Below, in pieces: positions 37,362-46,734 of a stretch of DNA of 64,000 nt (positions within the stretch are counted from its first letter, which is position 1; each line of letters opens with the position of its first letter). Below the pieces are notes generated by a model. That model was given only the letters and a program-made list of their open reading frames with translations, made no database searches and was not told where the DNA came from. The DNA is from Corallococcus coralloides DSM 2259 (GTDB lineage Bacteria; Myxococcota; Myxococcia; Myxococcales; Myxococcaceae): NCBI RefSeq assembly GCF_000255295.1, contig NC_017030.1, positions 6,294,328 through 6,358,327 on the forward strand, read 5' to 3'. The position numbers and the translations under genes were made by a program.

Positions 37362-40300
37362 ATGCGTCTCAGGGAAAAGCTGTTGACCAGCCTGCTGCTG
37401 GTGCCCATCGCGGGTACCAGTGCGTGGGCCAAGGAGCGGTCGAACTACGACGCGTTCCTGGAGCAGCGGGACTCCCGCTCTCTCGCCGTGGATGCGAACA
37501 CGGCGGTGTCCCGCGGGCTTCGCATCGAGCAGACCGAGCACCGGCTCGGCGTGCCTACGTTCGCCTGGGCGACGCAGGATGGTGCGCAGTCCAAGTCCGT
37601 CATCCGCAACGGCATGACCGCGGAGAGCGCGGCGCGCGCGCACCTGCAGGCCGTGGCGGACAGCTACCGCCTGACGCGTGACGACGTCTCGGGCGCCAAC
37701 CTGCGCTCGATGCACAACACCGGAAAGGGCGCGATCATCGCGACCTTCAACCAGTCGGTGGGTGGCATCCCCGTCTTCCGCAACGAGATCAAGGTCGTCA
37801 TGGGCCAGGACCTGCGCCTGGTGGCCGTGAGCGGCTACCTGGCCCCGTCCGAGCTGGCGTTCACCGCGCGCAACAAGGCGCGCGCCGGCTTCAACCTGGG
37901 CGCCGCGGACGCGGTGTCCGGCGCGTTCAAGGACCTGACGGGCTCCGGCACGCAGGCCACCTCGTTCGTCAACACGGGCACGAAGGGTGACTTCACCTTC
38001 TTCGAGCTGGCCCCCGCCACGAAGTCCGCGCTGCAGCAGGACCTGGCCACCCCGGCCCGCGCCCGGCAGGTGTACTTCATGCTGGCCGGCAACCTGGAGC
38101 CGGCCTGGTACGTGGAAGTGAACGCCGGCCCCAAGGCCGCGCGCTCCAGCCAGTACTTCGGCTACGTGGTCTCCGCGGCCACCGGCAAGGTGCTCTTCCG
38201 CAATGACCTGACCGCGGACGCCGGCACGGCGTTCACGTACAAGGTCTGGGCGGACACGGCGTCCCCGTTCATCCCGGAGGACGGTCCCCAGGGCAACGAC
38301 GCGACCCCGCACCCCACGGGCACCCAGGACGGCTACCAGGCCCCGCTGAACCGCCCGGCGCATGACATCACCCTGGCCAACACCCCCTTCAGCAAGAACG
38401 ACCCCTGGCTGCCGGCCAACGCCACGCAGACCACGGGTAACAACGTGGACGCGTACGCGGACCTGGTCGCGCCGGACGGCTTCCAGCCCGGCACCCGGGA
38501 CACCCGCGCGGAGACGACGAGCGACAACACCTTCTCGTACGTCTACGACACGACCAAGGCCCCGGGCTTCAGCACCGAGCAGACCAAGGCCTCGGTGGTG
38601 AACCTGTTCTACGTGAACAACTTCCTGCACGACTGGTTCTACGACGCCGGCTTCGACGAGGCCGCGGGCAACGCCCAGTCGTTCAACTTCGGCCGTGGCG
38701 GCGTGGAGGGCGACCCCCTCCAGGCCCAGGCGCAGGACTACGGCGGTCGCGACAACGCGAACATGAGCACGCCGGCCGACGGTGCGTCGCCGCGCATGCA
38801 GATGTACGTGTTCAACGGCACGCCGGTGCTGTCCGTCACGGCGCCCGCGACGCTGGCTGGCGTCTACGAGGCCACCTCCGCTGCCTTCGGCCAGCAGGCC
38901 TATGACACGACGGGCGACATCAAGGACGCCCCCGCCGCCAACCTGCAGGGCTGCACGGCGTTCGAGGCGGACTACTTCACCAACAAGATCGCCCTCATCG
39001 ACCGCGGCGCGTGCGACTTCAACGTCAAGGCGCACAACGCCCAGAAGGCGGGCGCCATCGCCACGGTCATCGTGAACAACGCGGACGGCAGCCCCATCCC
39101 CATGGGCGGCACGAACGCGGCGGTCACGACCCCGGCGCTGAGCATCACCAAGGCCGCAGGCGCGGCCTGGCGGGCGGCACTCGCCACCGAGCCGGTGACC
39201 GTGAAGTTCCTGCGCGAGCCGAACCAGGACCGCGACGGCACGCTCGACAACGGCATCGTCGCGCACGAGTGGGGTCACTACATCAGCAACCGCCTCATCG
39301 GTAACGCCGCGGGCCTGAGCAACAACCAGGGCCGCTCGATGGGCGAGGGCTGGGGCGACTTCCACGCCATGCTGATGCAGGTGCGCGAGACCGACCGCAA
39401 CAAGCCGGGCAACAGCAACTGGCAGGGCGTCTACAGCACCGCCGGCTACGTCACCAGCGGTGGCAAGAACCAGGGCTACTACTTCGGCATCCGTCGCCTG
39501 CCCTACTCGACGGACATGAGCAAGAACGGCTACACGTTCAAGCACATCCAGAACTTCGTCACCCTGCCCACGGACGCGGGCACGCGCACGGACATCAACA
39601 GCGAGGTCCACAACAGCGGTGAGGTGTGGGCCACGGCGCTGTGGGAGTGCTACGCGCAGCTGCTCAACGCGCACCCGTTCAACGAGGCGCAGAACCGGAT
39701 GAAGCAGTACCTGGTCGCCGCCTACAAGGCGACGCCGAACGCGCCGACCTTCACGGAAGCGCGTGACGCGGTGCTGGCCGTCGCGCTCGCGAACGATCCG
39801 GCGGACTACCAGCGCTTCGTGGCGGCCTTCGCCAAGCGCGGCCTGGGCTTCGGCGCCAAGTCGCCGGACCGCGACGCGTTCGACCACATCGGCGTGACGG
39901 AGAGCTTCGCCTCGGGTGGCAACCTGGAGGTCACCAGCATCACGCTGTCCGACAGCGCGGGCGGCTGCGACCAGGACGGCATCCTGGACATCGGCGAGCA
40001 GGGTGAGCTGAAGATCACCGTGCGCAACGTGGGCGGCAACGGGCTGAGCTCCTTCACCGGCACCGTCAGCAGCACCAGCACCACGGCGACGCTGGAGTTC
40101 CCGAACGGCGCCGCGATCAACGTCCCTGCCCTGTCGCGCGGTGCCTCGGCCACGGTCACCGTGCCCGTCACCGTCACCGCGGTCTCCGGCTCGCCCGCGC
40201 GCGCCGGCATCAAGGTCTCCTTCGACTCCAACGAGATCCCGGCGGCGGCGAAGACGGCGACGTTCGACCCGCGCGTCAACTACGACAACGTCTCCACGGT

Positions 40301-43064
40301 CAGCAACACGGAGACGTTCGAGTCCGGCCTGACCGGGTGGACGGTGTCGCAGAACCTGTCGTCCTCTGGCGACTGGACGCTGTCCGGCTCGCCGGTCAAC
40401 CGCTACGCGCACGGCGCGGACCCGGGCACGATCGCCGAGACCACCATCACCAGCCCCTGGCTGTCGGTGGATGACGCGGCCGACTTCGTGATGAGCTACA
40501 ACTACCGTCACTCCTTCGAGTTCGACTCCAACGCCTCCTACGACGGCGCGGTGCTCGAGTTCACGGTGGACGGCATCGACTGGATCGACCCCTGGGATCT
40601 GTACCCGGTGGTGGACGCGGATCCGGGCTACGTGGACTACATCGCCGCGGGCGGTGGCAACCCCATCGAGGACCGCGCCGCGATGGCGCAGGTGAGCCTG
40701 GGCTTCCCGGCGTTCACGGCCGCGAGCATCAACTTCGGGACCTTCTTCCCCGACCTGGGCCTCAAGAACGTCCGCTTCCGCTTCCGCATCGGCGGTGACG
40801 TGGCGGTCGGCGGGTACGGCCTGGACCTGGACAACGTGAAGTTCGAGGGCGCCACGGCGGTGTTCGCGGGCCAGCCGGATCAGCCGGCGTCCACGGGCGT
40901 GTGCAACGTGCCCCCGGTGGCCAACGCCGGTCCGTCGCGCGTGGGCACGGCGGCGGTCGCGGAGGGCACGCTCGTCAACGGCGTCCTCAACCGCGCCACC
41001 ATCACCCTGAACGGCACGGGCAGCTTCGACCCGGATGCCGCCGCGGGTGACGCGCTCACCTACAACTGGATCCAGGTCGGTGGCGCCACGCCGGTCACGC
41101 TGACCGGTGCGGACACCGCGACGCCGAGCTTCGTGGCGGACGTGGACTACTCCGACATCCTCTCCTTCCAGCTCGTCGTCACCGACGCGTCTGGCAAGGC
41201 GAGCGCCCCGAAGACGGTGGACATCCAGGTCCTCAACGTGAACCAGCCCCCGGTGGCCGCGGCCACCGCGCCGGCGACGGTGAACGAGCGTGACACCACG
41301 CCCGTGACCCTGGACGCCTCCGGCTCCACGGACGCGGACGTGATTCACGCGAACACGCTGACCTACTCCTGGGTCCAGACGAGCCCCGCTTCGCCCAAGC
41401 CGACGCTGACCAACGCCACCCGCGCGAAGGCCACGTTCCTGGCTCCGGAAGTGACGGCGGACACGCAGCTGAACTTCACGGTCACCGTGACGGACAGCAG
41501 CGGCGCGAAGTCCACCAAGGCCGTCGCCGTGACGGTGAAGAACGTGGACCGCGCTCCGGTGGCGAACGCCGGCGCGGACTTCGCGGTCGACACCCGCACG
41601 CAGGCGGCCCTCAGCGGCAGCGGCACGGACGCGGATGGCGACGCCGTGACGCTGAGCTGGGCGCAGACCTCCGGCCCGACGGTGGTGCTGACGGGCGCGA
41701 ACACGGCCACGCCGACGTTCGTGTCCCCGGACGTGCCCTTCAACACCGACCTGGTCTTCACGCTGACCGCGACGGCCAACGGCCAGTCCGCCACCGACAC
41801 CGTCACCGTGACGGTGAAGGGCGTGGACCGCGCTCCTACGGCCAACGCCGGCGCGGACATCGCGGTGGATGAGCGCACGGCGGTGACGCTGGAAGGCACG
41901 GGCGCTGACGAGGATGGCGACACCCTCAGCTACCAGTGGGAGCAGATCGGTGGCACCGAGGTGCAGCTGACGGGTGCCACGACGGCCACGCTGGCCTTCA
42001 CGACCCCGGAAGTCACGGCCACCACGACGCTCGTCTTCAAGTTCACGGTGACGGCGAACGGCAAGTCCGCCACGGACACGGTCAACGTCACGGTGAACAA
42101 CGTGGACCGCGCTCCGGTGGCCAACGCCGGCGCGGACTTCGAGGCGAGCGCGCGCGCCACGGCGACGCTCCAGGGCTCCGGCTCGGATCCGGACGGCGAC
42201 GCGGTGTCGTACGAGTGGGAGCAGACGGGTGGCGAGGCGGTGACGCTGACCAACGCCAACTCGGCCTCCGCGACCTTCACGGCGCCGGATGTGTCGTCCC
42301 CCACCGAGCTGACCTTCAAGCTCACGGTGACGGCGAACGGCAAGTCCGCCTCCGACCTGGTCAACGTGACGGTGCGCAAGTCCAACCGCCACCCGGTGGG
42401 CCAGGCTCCGGCCACCATCGACGTGGACGAGGGCAGCAACGTGGAGCTGGACGCTTCCGGCATCACGGATCCGGACGGTGACGCGCTCACCTACGTCTGG
42501 GCCCAGGTCGGTGGTCCGTCGGTGACGCTCGACAACAAGGACACGGCGAAGGTGAAGTTCACCGCGCCGCAGGTCCAGGCCGACACGGCGCTGGCCTTCA
42601 GCCTCACCGTGACGGACGCGGACGGCGCCACCTCTGGCCCGTTCGTCTACACGGTCAACGTGAAGCAGGTGAACCAGGCGCCGGTCGCCAAGGTCCGGGT
42701 CATCTCGGGCGTGCGCGGCGGTGAGCTGGTGAAGATCGACGCCGCGACGTCCACGGATCCGGACAACGAGGCGCTGACCTACACCTGGGCGCAGACGGGC
42801 GGCCCCTCCGTGACGCTGACCGGCGCCAACTCCGCCGAGGCCAGCTTCACCCCGCCGGCGAAGAAGACGCTGGAGACCTACACCTTCACCGTGACGGTGA
42901 AGGACGCGGCCGGTGCCACCAGCACCGCCGAGATCAAGGTCTCCGTGCCGAAGTCCGACGACGACGGCGGCGGCTGCTCCTCCACGGGCGGCTCCGCTGG
43001 CAGCATGGCGCCGCTGATGGCGCTGTTCGCGGCGATGGCGCTCGCGCGCCGTCGCAAGGCGTAA
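37362..43064 (+). CDS. giant secreted M36 (fungalysin)-like metalloprotease with PA domain, about 8 PKD-like repeats and MYXO-CTERM anchor
   Basis: RBS GAAGGAAGG before the ATG and a signal peptide. NFGRGGVEGDPLQAQAQDYGG..SPRMQMYVF, HEWGHY (HExxH) and EGWGDF match the fungalysin core. PA insert (IALIDRGACDF..KAG). Repeats of PVANAG.D..v....a.L.GSGSDPDGD..tY.W.Q..G. The C-terminus DDGGGCSSTGGSAGSMAPLMALFAAMALARRRKA is a MYXO-CTERM. Confidence 0.85.
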   Translation: MRLREKLLTSLLLVPIAGTSAWAKERSNYDAFLEQRDSRSLAVDANTAVSRGLRIEQTEHRLGVPTFAWATQDGAQSKSVIRNGMTAESAARAHLQAVADSYRLTRDDVSGANLRSMHNTGKGAIIATFNQSVGGIPVFRNEIKVVMGQDLRLVAVSGYLAPSELAFTARNKARAGFNLGAADAVSGAFKDLTGSGTQATSFVNTGTKGDFTFFELAPATKSALQQDLATPARARQVYFMLAGNLEPAWYVEVNAGPKAARSSQYFGYVVSAATGKVLFRNDLTADAGTAFTYKVWADTASPFIPEDGPQGNDATPHPTGTQDGYQAPLNRPAHDITLANTPFSKNDPWLPANATQTTGNNVDAYADLVAPDGFQPGTRDTRAETTSDNTFSYVYDTTKAPGFSTEQTKASVVNLFYVNNFLHDWFYDAGFDEAAGNAQSFNFGRGGVEGDPLQAQAQDYGGRDNANMSTPADGASPRMQMYVFNGTPVLSVTAPATLAGVYEATSAAFGQQAYDTTGDIKDAPAANLQGCTAFEADYFTNKIALIDRGACDFNVKAHNAQKAGAIATVIVNNADGSPIPMGGTNAAVTTPALSITKAAGAAWRAALATEPVTVKFLREPNQDRDGTLDNGIVAHEWGHYISNRLIGNAAGLSNNQGRSMGEGWGDFHAMLMQVRETDRNKPGNSNWQGVYSTAGYVTSGGKNQGYYFGIRRLPYSTDMSKNGYTFKHIQNFVTLPTDAGTRTDINSEVHNSGEVWATALWECYAQLLNAHPFNEAQNRMKQYLVAAYKATPNAPTFTEARDAVLAVALANDPADYQRFVAAFAKRGLGFGAKSPDRDAFDHIGVTESFASGGNLEVTSITLSDSAGGCDQDGILDIGEQGELKITVRNVGGNGLSSFTGTVSSTSTTATLEFPNGAAINVPALSRGASATVTVPVTVTAVSGSPARAGIKVSFDSNEIPAAAKTATFDPRVNYDNVSTVSNTETFESGLTGWTVSQNLSSSGDWTLSGSPVNRYAHGADPGTIAETTITSPWLSVDDAADFVMSYNYRHSFEFDSNASYDGAVLEFTVDGIDWIDPWDLYPVVDADPGYVDYIAAGGGNPIEDRAAMAQVSLGFPAFTAASINFGTFFPDLGLKNVRFRFRIGGDVAVGGYGLDLDNVKFEGATAVFAGQPDQPASTGVCNVPPVANAGPSRVGTAAVAEGTLVNGVLNRATITLNGTGSFDPDAAAGDALTYNWIQVGGATPVTLTGADTATPSFVADVDYSDILSFQLVVTDASGKASAPKTVDIQVLNVNQPPVAAATAPATVNERDTTPVTLDASGSTDADVIHANTLTYSWVQTSPASPKPTLTNATRAKATFLAPEVTADTQLNFTVTVTDSSGAKSTKAVAVTVKNVDRAPVANAGADFAVDTRTQAALSGSGTDADGDAVTLSWAQTSGPTVVLTGANTATPTFVSPDVPFNTDLVFTLTATANGQSATDTVTVTVKGVDRAPTANAGADIAVDERTAVTLEGTGADEDGDTLSYQWEQIGGTEVQLTGATTATLAFTTPEVTATTTLVFKFTVTANGKSATDTVNVTVNNVDRAPVANAGADFEASARATATLQGSGSDPDGDAVSYEWEQTGGEAVTLTNANSASATFTAPDVSSPTELTFKLTVTANGKSASDLVNVTVRKSNRHPVGQAPATIDVDEGSNVELDASGITDPDGDALTYVWAQVGGPSVTLDNKDTAKVKFTAPQVQADTALAFSLTVTDADGATSGPFVYTVNVKQVNQAPVAKVRVISGVRGGELVKIDAATSTDPDNEALTYTWAQTGGPSVTLTGANSAEASFTPPAKKTLETYTFTVTVKDAAGATSTAEIKVSVPKSDDDGGGCSSTGGSAGSMAPLMALFAAMALARRRKA

Positions 43065-43087
43065 GCCGGCGCTTCATCCTGAAGTCC

Positions 43088-43131
43088 TGAAGTAACGAGG
43101 GGCGGTCCTCACGCGAGTGGGGGCCGCCCCT
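43088..43131 (+). terminator. intrinsic terminator downstream of the protease gene
   Basis: Hairpin AGGGGCGG...CCGCCCCT followed by TCTTCATTTCC, about 25 nt after the TAA stop. Confidence 0.55.
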
Positions 43132-43190
43132 TCTTCATTTCCGCCAGGCGTCCGCGGGGCGGCGGGGGATGCGGTAGGCTCGCGCGCCTC

Positions 43191-43586
43191 ATGGCACGCA
43201 CGTTCCAGGTGGGAGACACCTTCACGCACGTCCGCCAGTGCGACCGGCTGCGGCCGGTGTATTACGCGGGCGCTTCCGGGGACTACAACCCCATCCACAT
43301 CGACCCGGAGGTGGGCCGGCAGGCCGGCTTCAACGGCGTCATCCTCCAGGGGCTCTGCACGCTGGGCTGGGCGGTGGAGGCGGTGGCCGTCTTCGTGGGA
43401 GACCCGGGCCGGGTGCGCCGGGTGAAGGTGCGCTTCTCCCGGCCGGTGCTGCCGGAGGACACCGTCACCTTCCAGGGCCGCGTCACCGCCATCGCGGACG
43501 GCCGGCTCACCACCGAAGTCACCGCCACCAACCAGCGCGGCGAGCCCGTCCTCCGGGGCGCCGTCGTCGAAACCTCGCTCGGATAG
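43191..43586 (+). CDS. MaoC-like (R)-specific enoyl-CoA hydratase, hot-dog fold
   Basis: YAGASGDYNPIHID..GFNGVILQG is the MaoC dehydratase signature. Confidence 0.8.
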   Translation: MARTFQVGDTFTHVRQCDRLRPVYYAGASGDYNPIHIDPEVGRQAGFNGVILQGLCTLGWAVEAVAVFVGDPGRVRRVKVRFSRPVLPEDTVTFQGRVTAIADGRLTTEVTATNQRGEPVLRGAVVETSLG

Positions 43587-43588
43587 CC

Positions 43589-44071
43589 ATGGCCCTGGAC
43601 CCCAAGTTCGTCGGCCGTGCGTACGGCCCCTTCACCTATGAGATTGGCCGGGAGAAGCTGCGCGAGTTCTCCCTCATCCTCGGCGGCTCCGTGCCCTCCG
43701 CGGGCACCTTCGGCGAGCCCCCGGAGCACGTCAGCCCCCTGCTCTACTCGCAGGAGGCGGCCCAGGCGGGCCCGTACGGCGACGTCATCGCCTTCCCCAG
43801 CTTCGCGGTGGTGTTCGCCATCCGCCCCTTCAGCGCCGCCATCGCGGATCCGGAGCTGGGCGTGGACCGCGTGCGGCTGGTGCACGGGGAGCAGGAGCTG
43901 GAGTTCCTGGGCGTGATGCGCCCCGGGGACGTGCTCACCACCACGGGCTCCATCACGGAGCTGTACCGCAAGGCCGGGATGGACTTCCTCGTCGTCACCA
44001 CGGAGACGCGCAACGCGAAGGGCGAGCCCGTGGTGCGCGGCGTCTGGACGGCCGTCATCCGCCCCGCGTGA
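43589..44071 (+). CDS. MaoC N-terminal-like / FAS1-like hot-dog dehydratase partner subunit
   Basis: It starts 3 nt after the upstream stop. Hot-dog-fold pattern with no catalytic H motif. It is typically paired with a MaoC subunit. Confidence 0.7.
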   Translation: MALDPKFVGRAYGPFTYEIGREKLREFSLILGGSVPSAGTFGEPPEHVSPLLYSQEAAQAGPYGDVIAFPSFAVVFAIRPFSAAIADPELGVDRVRLVHGEQELEFLGVMRPGDVLTTTGSITELYRKAGMDFLVVTTETRNAKGEPVVRGVWTAVIRPA

Positions 44072-44088
44072 CTTGAAGCCGCGCGCGC

Positions 44089-44865
44089 CTACTCGCCGGG
44101 GGCGATGATGCCCTCGTCGAGCAGCTGCGCGAGGATGCGCGCGGTGTCCAGGCGAGACATGCCGGACAGCGCGAAGAGGTCGTCGAAGCTCACCGCGCCG
44201 TCAATCTGCGCCAGCACGAAGCCCGCGCGGTGGTCCAGGTTGAGCCAGATGATGTCATCCGGCTGCAACCGCACGCGCGGCATGCGGTGCAAATCTCCCA
44301 GCCGCGCCTCCAGCATGGACACCAGGATGCGCTCGCTGCGGTCGCGCAGCGCCTCCACGCGCGGGTTCTCCGGCGCCAGGGACTGGGCCCGGCGCAGGAG
44401 CTCCACCGCGCCGGAGTGGTCATCCAGCGCCAGCAAATCTTCCGCGCCGCGCAGCAGGCTCTCCACCTCCGAGCCCTCCGGCAGCCCGCCCACGGGCGTG
44501 AAGGTGTCCGGCAGCCCGAACTCCTGCGTGCGGTGCGCCTCCGCGATGAGGTCCAACGCGTCGCCGCGCACGCCCGTGCCCTCGGGCAGGCTCACGGATT
44601 CACGCAAGGGGACTTCCACCGGGCCGGGCTCGGAGGGGCCGGCCCAGGCGCCCCAGTCCGCGTCCTGCTCCGGGCCCGCCAGGTTCCAGCCGGTGTCCCC
44701 GCCGTGCTCCGCCGGGCCGTCCCGCCCCAGCAGCCGGCGCGCGCGCGCGTTGGCCGGGTCCAGCTCCAGGGCCCGGGCAAACAGCTTCTCCGCGCCGGCC
44801 ATGTCGCCACTCAGCCGCAGCAGCAACCCGGCTTCGACCAGCGCCTTGGCCCGGATGGCGTTCAT
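44089..44865 (-). CDS. TPR-containing protein with an uncharacterised ~50-aa C-terminal domain
   Basis: N-terminal TPR-like helices. The C-terminal segment DIIWLNLDHRAGFVLAQIDGAVSFDDLFALSGMSRLDTARILAQLLDEGII resembles the N-terminus of the J-domain protein two genes upstream. Confidence 0.6.
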   Translation of the reverse strand: MNAIRAKALVEAGLLLRLSGDMAGAEKLFARALELDPANARARRLLGRDGPAEHGGDTGWNLAGPEQDADWGAWAGPSEPGPVEVPLRESVSLPEGTGVRGDALDLIAEAHRTQEFGLPDTFTPVGGLPEGSEVESLLRGAEDLLALDDHSGAVELLRRAQSLAPENPRVEALRDRSERILVSMLEARLGDLHRMPRVRLQPDDIIWLNLDHRAGFVLAQIDGAVSFDDLFALSGMSRLDTARILAQLLDEGIIAPGE

Positions 44866-44868
44866 GGG

Positions 44869-46716
44869 CTACCTCCCCGGCGTTCCGCGCGAGCCCGCCG
44901 AGCGCAGGAGCGGCAGGCTCTGGGCCAGGGCCTCGCAGGCCCGGGTGAGCGTGCCCACGTCGTCCGTGCCGCGCGCCTGACGCGCGGAATCCAGGGCGGC
45001 CTCCGCGCGGGCGACGACGTCCGGCGGCAGGCCTCCGGCCCCGGGCATGAGCCGCACGCGGGAGAGCGCGTCCACCAGGTCGCGGGCCAGGATGTCCAGC
45101 TCCACGCGCTTGGCCTTCAGCTCCTCCGTGTTGCGCGCCGCCACCAGCCAGTCGCGCTGCTCGTCCATGATGCGGCGCAGCTCGTCCTCCGTCAGGCCGC
45201 TGGAAGCGGTGACGGTGATGGACTGGCGCAGGCCCGTGTCGCGGTCGCGCGCGGACACGGACACGATGCCCTCCGCGTTGATGTCGAACGTCACTTCGAT
45301 TTCCACCTGTCCGCGCGGCGCCTCGCGCAGGCCGGTGAGGAGGAACTCGCCCAGCAGCTCGTTGTGGTGCGCGAGCTCGTGCTCGCCCTGGAGCACCATG
45401 ATCTTCACCGTGCGCTGGAAGTCCTTGGAGGTGGCGAACACCTCCGTGGCGGACGTGGGCACGGTGGTGTTGCGCGGAATCAGCCGCCGCACGTAGCCGC
45501 CGGCGATGGCCACGCCCATGCTCTGCGGCGTGACGTCCAGGAGCAGCAATTCGCTCTGCTGGCCCACCAGCGCGTGCGCCTGGATGGCGGCGCCCAGGGC
45601 CACGACCTCCTCCGCGTGCACGCCCTTGCAGGGCTCGCGGCGGAAGTACTGGCGCACCTGCTCCACGATGCGGGGCATGCGCGACATGCCCCCCACGAGG
45701 ATGACCTCCTTCAGGTCCGAGGGGCGCACCTTCGCCTCGCCCAGCACCTCCGACGTGATGCCCACCAGGCGCTCGCCCAGGTCCGCCGTGAGTTCCTCCA
45801 GCTTCTCGCGGGTGAGCGTGGACTGCAGGTGCAGCGCGGCGCCTCCGCCCGGCGGCGTGCAGATGAAGGGCAGGTGCACCTGCGTCTCCTTCACCGACGA
45901 CAGCTCCACCTTCGCCTTCTCCGCGGCGTCCTTCAGCCGCTGCAGCGCCATGCGGTCCTTGCGCAGGTCGATGCCGTGCTCCTTGGCGAAGCCGAACACC
46001 ATCCACTCGATGATGCGGTGGTCCCAGTCCTCGCCGCCGAGGAAGGTGTCACCGCCGGTGGCCACCACGTCGAAGATGCCGTTGTTGATCTCCAGCACCG
46101 ACACGTCGAAGGTGCCGCCGCCCAGGTCCAGCACGGCGATCTTCCCGTTCACCGTGCGGCCGAAGCCGTAGGCCAGCGCCGCCGCGGTGGGCTCGTTGAT
46201 GATGCGCAGGACGTCCAGCCCCGCGATGCGGCCCGCGTCCTTGGTGGCCTGGCGCTGCCCGTCGTTGAAGTAGGCCGGCACGGTGATGACGGCCTGGGTG
46301 ACGGGCCGGCCGAAGTGCGCCTCCGCGTCCGCCTTCAGCTCCGCCAGAATCATGGCGCTGACCTCCGGCACGGCGAGGTCGCGGCCCGACAGTCGGATGC
46401 GCACGTCGTCGTGCGCGCCGCACACCACCTGGTACGTGAGCGCGCGCAGCGCGTCCTGCACCGGGTGCGAGGAGAACTTGCGGCCGATGAGGCGCTTGGC
46501 CGCGGACACCGTCTCCTGCGGGTTGGTGATGGCCTGGCGCTTGGCGATGCCGCCCACCAGCCGCTTGCCGTTCTTCGACACCGCCACCACGGACGGCGTG
46601 AGGGGCTGGCCGGTGCGGTTCTTGATGATGACGGGCTGACCGTCCTGCACCGTGGCGACGAGGCTGTTCGTCGTCCCCAGGTCGATGCCAATCAGCGGTT
46701 CGGGCTCAGCAGCCAT
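44869..46716 (-). CDS. Hsp70-family chaperone (non-canonical DnaK paralog)
   Basis: [31 protein letters not shown] motifs. The divergent C-terminus lacks the EEVD-type tail. Confidence 0.85.
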   Translation of the reverse strand: MAAEPEPLIGIDLGTTNSLVATVQDGQPVIIKNRTGQPLTPSVVAVSKNGKRLVGGIAKRQAITNPQETVSAAKRLIGRKFSSHPVQDALRALTYQVVCGAHDDVRIRLSGRDLAVPEVSAMILAELKADAEAHFGRPVTQAVITVPAYFNDGQRQATKDAGRIAGLDVLRIINEPTAAALAYGFGRTVNGKIAVLDLGGGTFDVSVLEINNGIFDVVATGGDTFLGGEDWDHRIIEWMVFGFAKEHGIDLRKDRMALQRLKDAAEKAKVELSSVKETQVHLPFICTPPGGGAALHLQSTLTREKLEELTADLGERLVGITSEVLGEAKVRPSDLKEVILVGGMSRMPRIVEQVRQYFRREPCKGVHAEEVVALGAAIQAHALVGQQSELLLLDVTPQSMGVAIAGGYVRRLIPRNTTVPTSATEVFATSKDFQRTVKIMVLQGEHELAHHNELLGEFLLTGLREAPRGQVEIEVTFDINAEGIVSVSARDRDTGLRQSITVTASSGLTEDELRRIMDEQRDWLVAARNTEELKAKRVELDILARDLVDALSRVRLMPGAGGLPPDVVARAEAALDSARQARGTDDVGTLTRACEALAQSLPLLRSAGSRGTPGR

Positions 46717-46734
46717 GGGGAAGCCTGCACCTCA

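Noticed and set aside
37296-42392. 1698-aa minus-strand ORF inside the protease gene
   Set aside because: It is a shadow ORF of the M36 protease gene. Its translation is Arg/Gly-rich low-complexity sequence.
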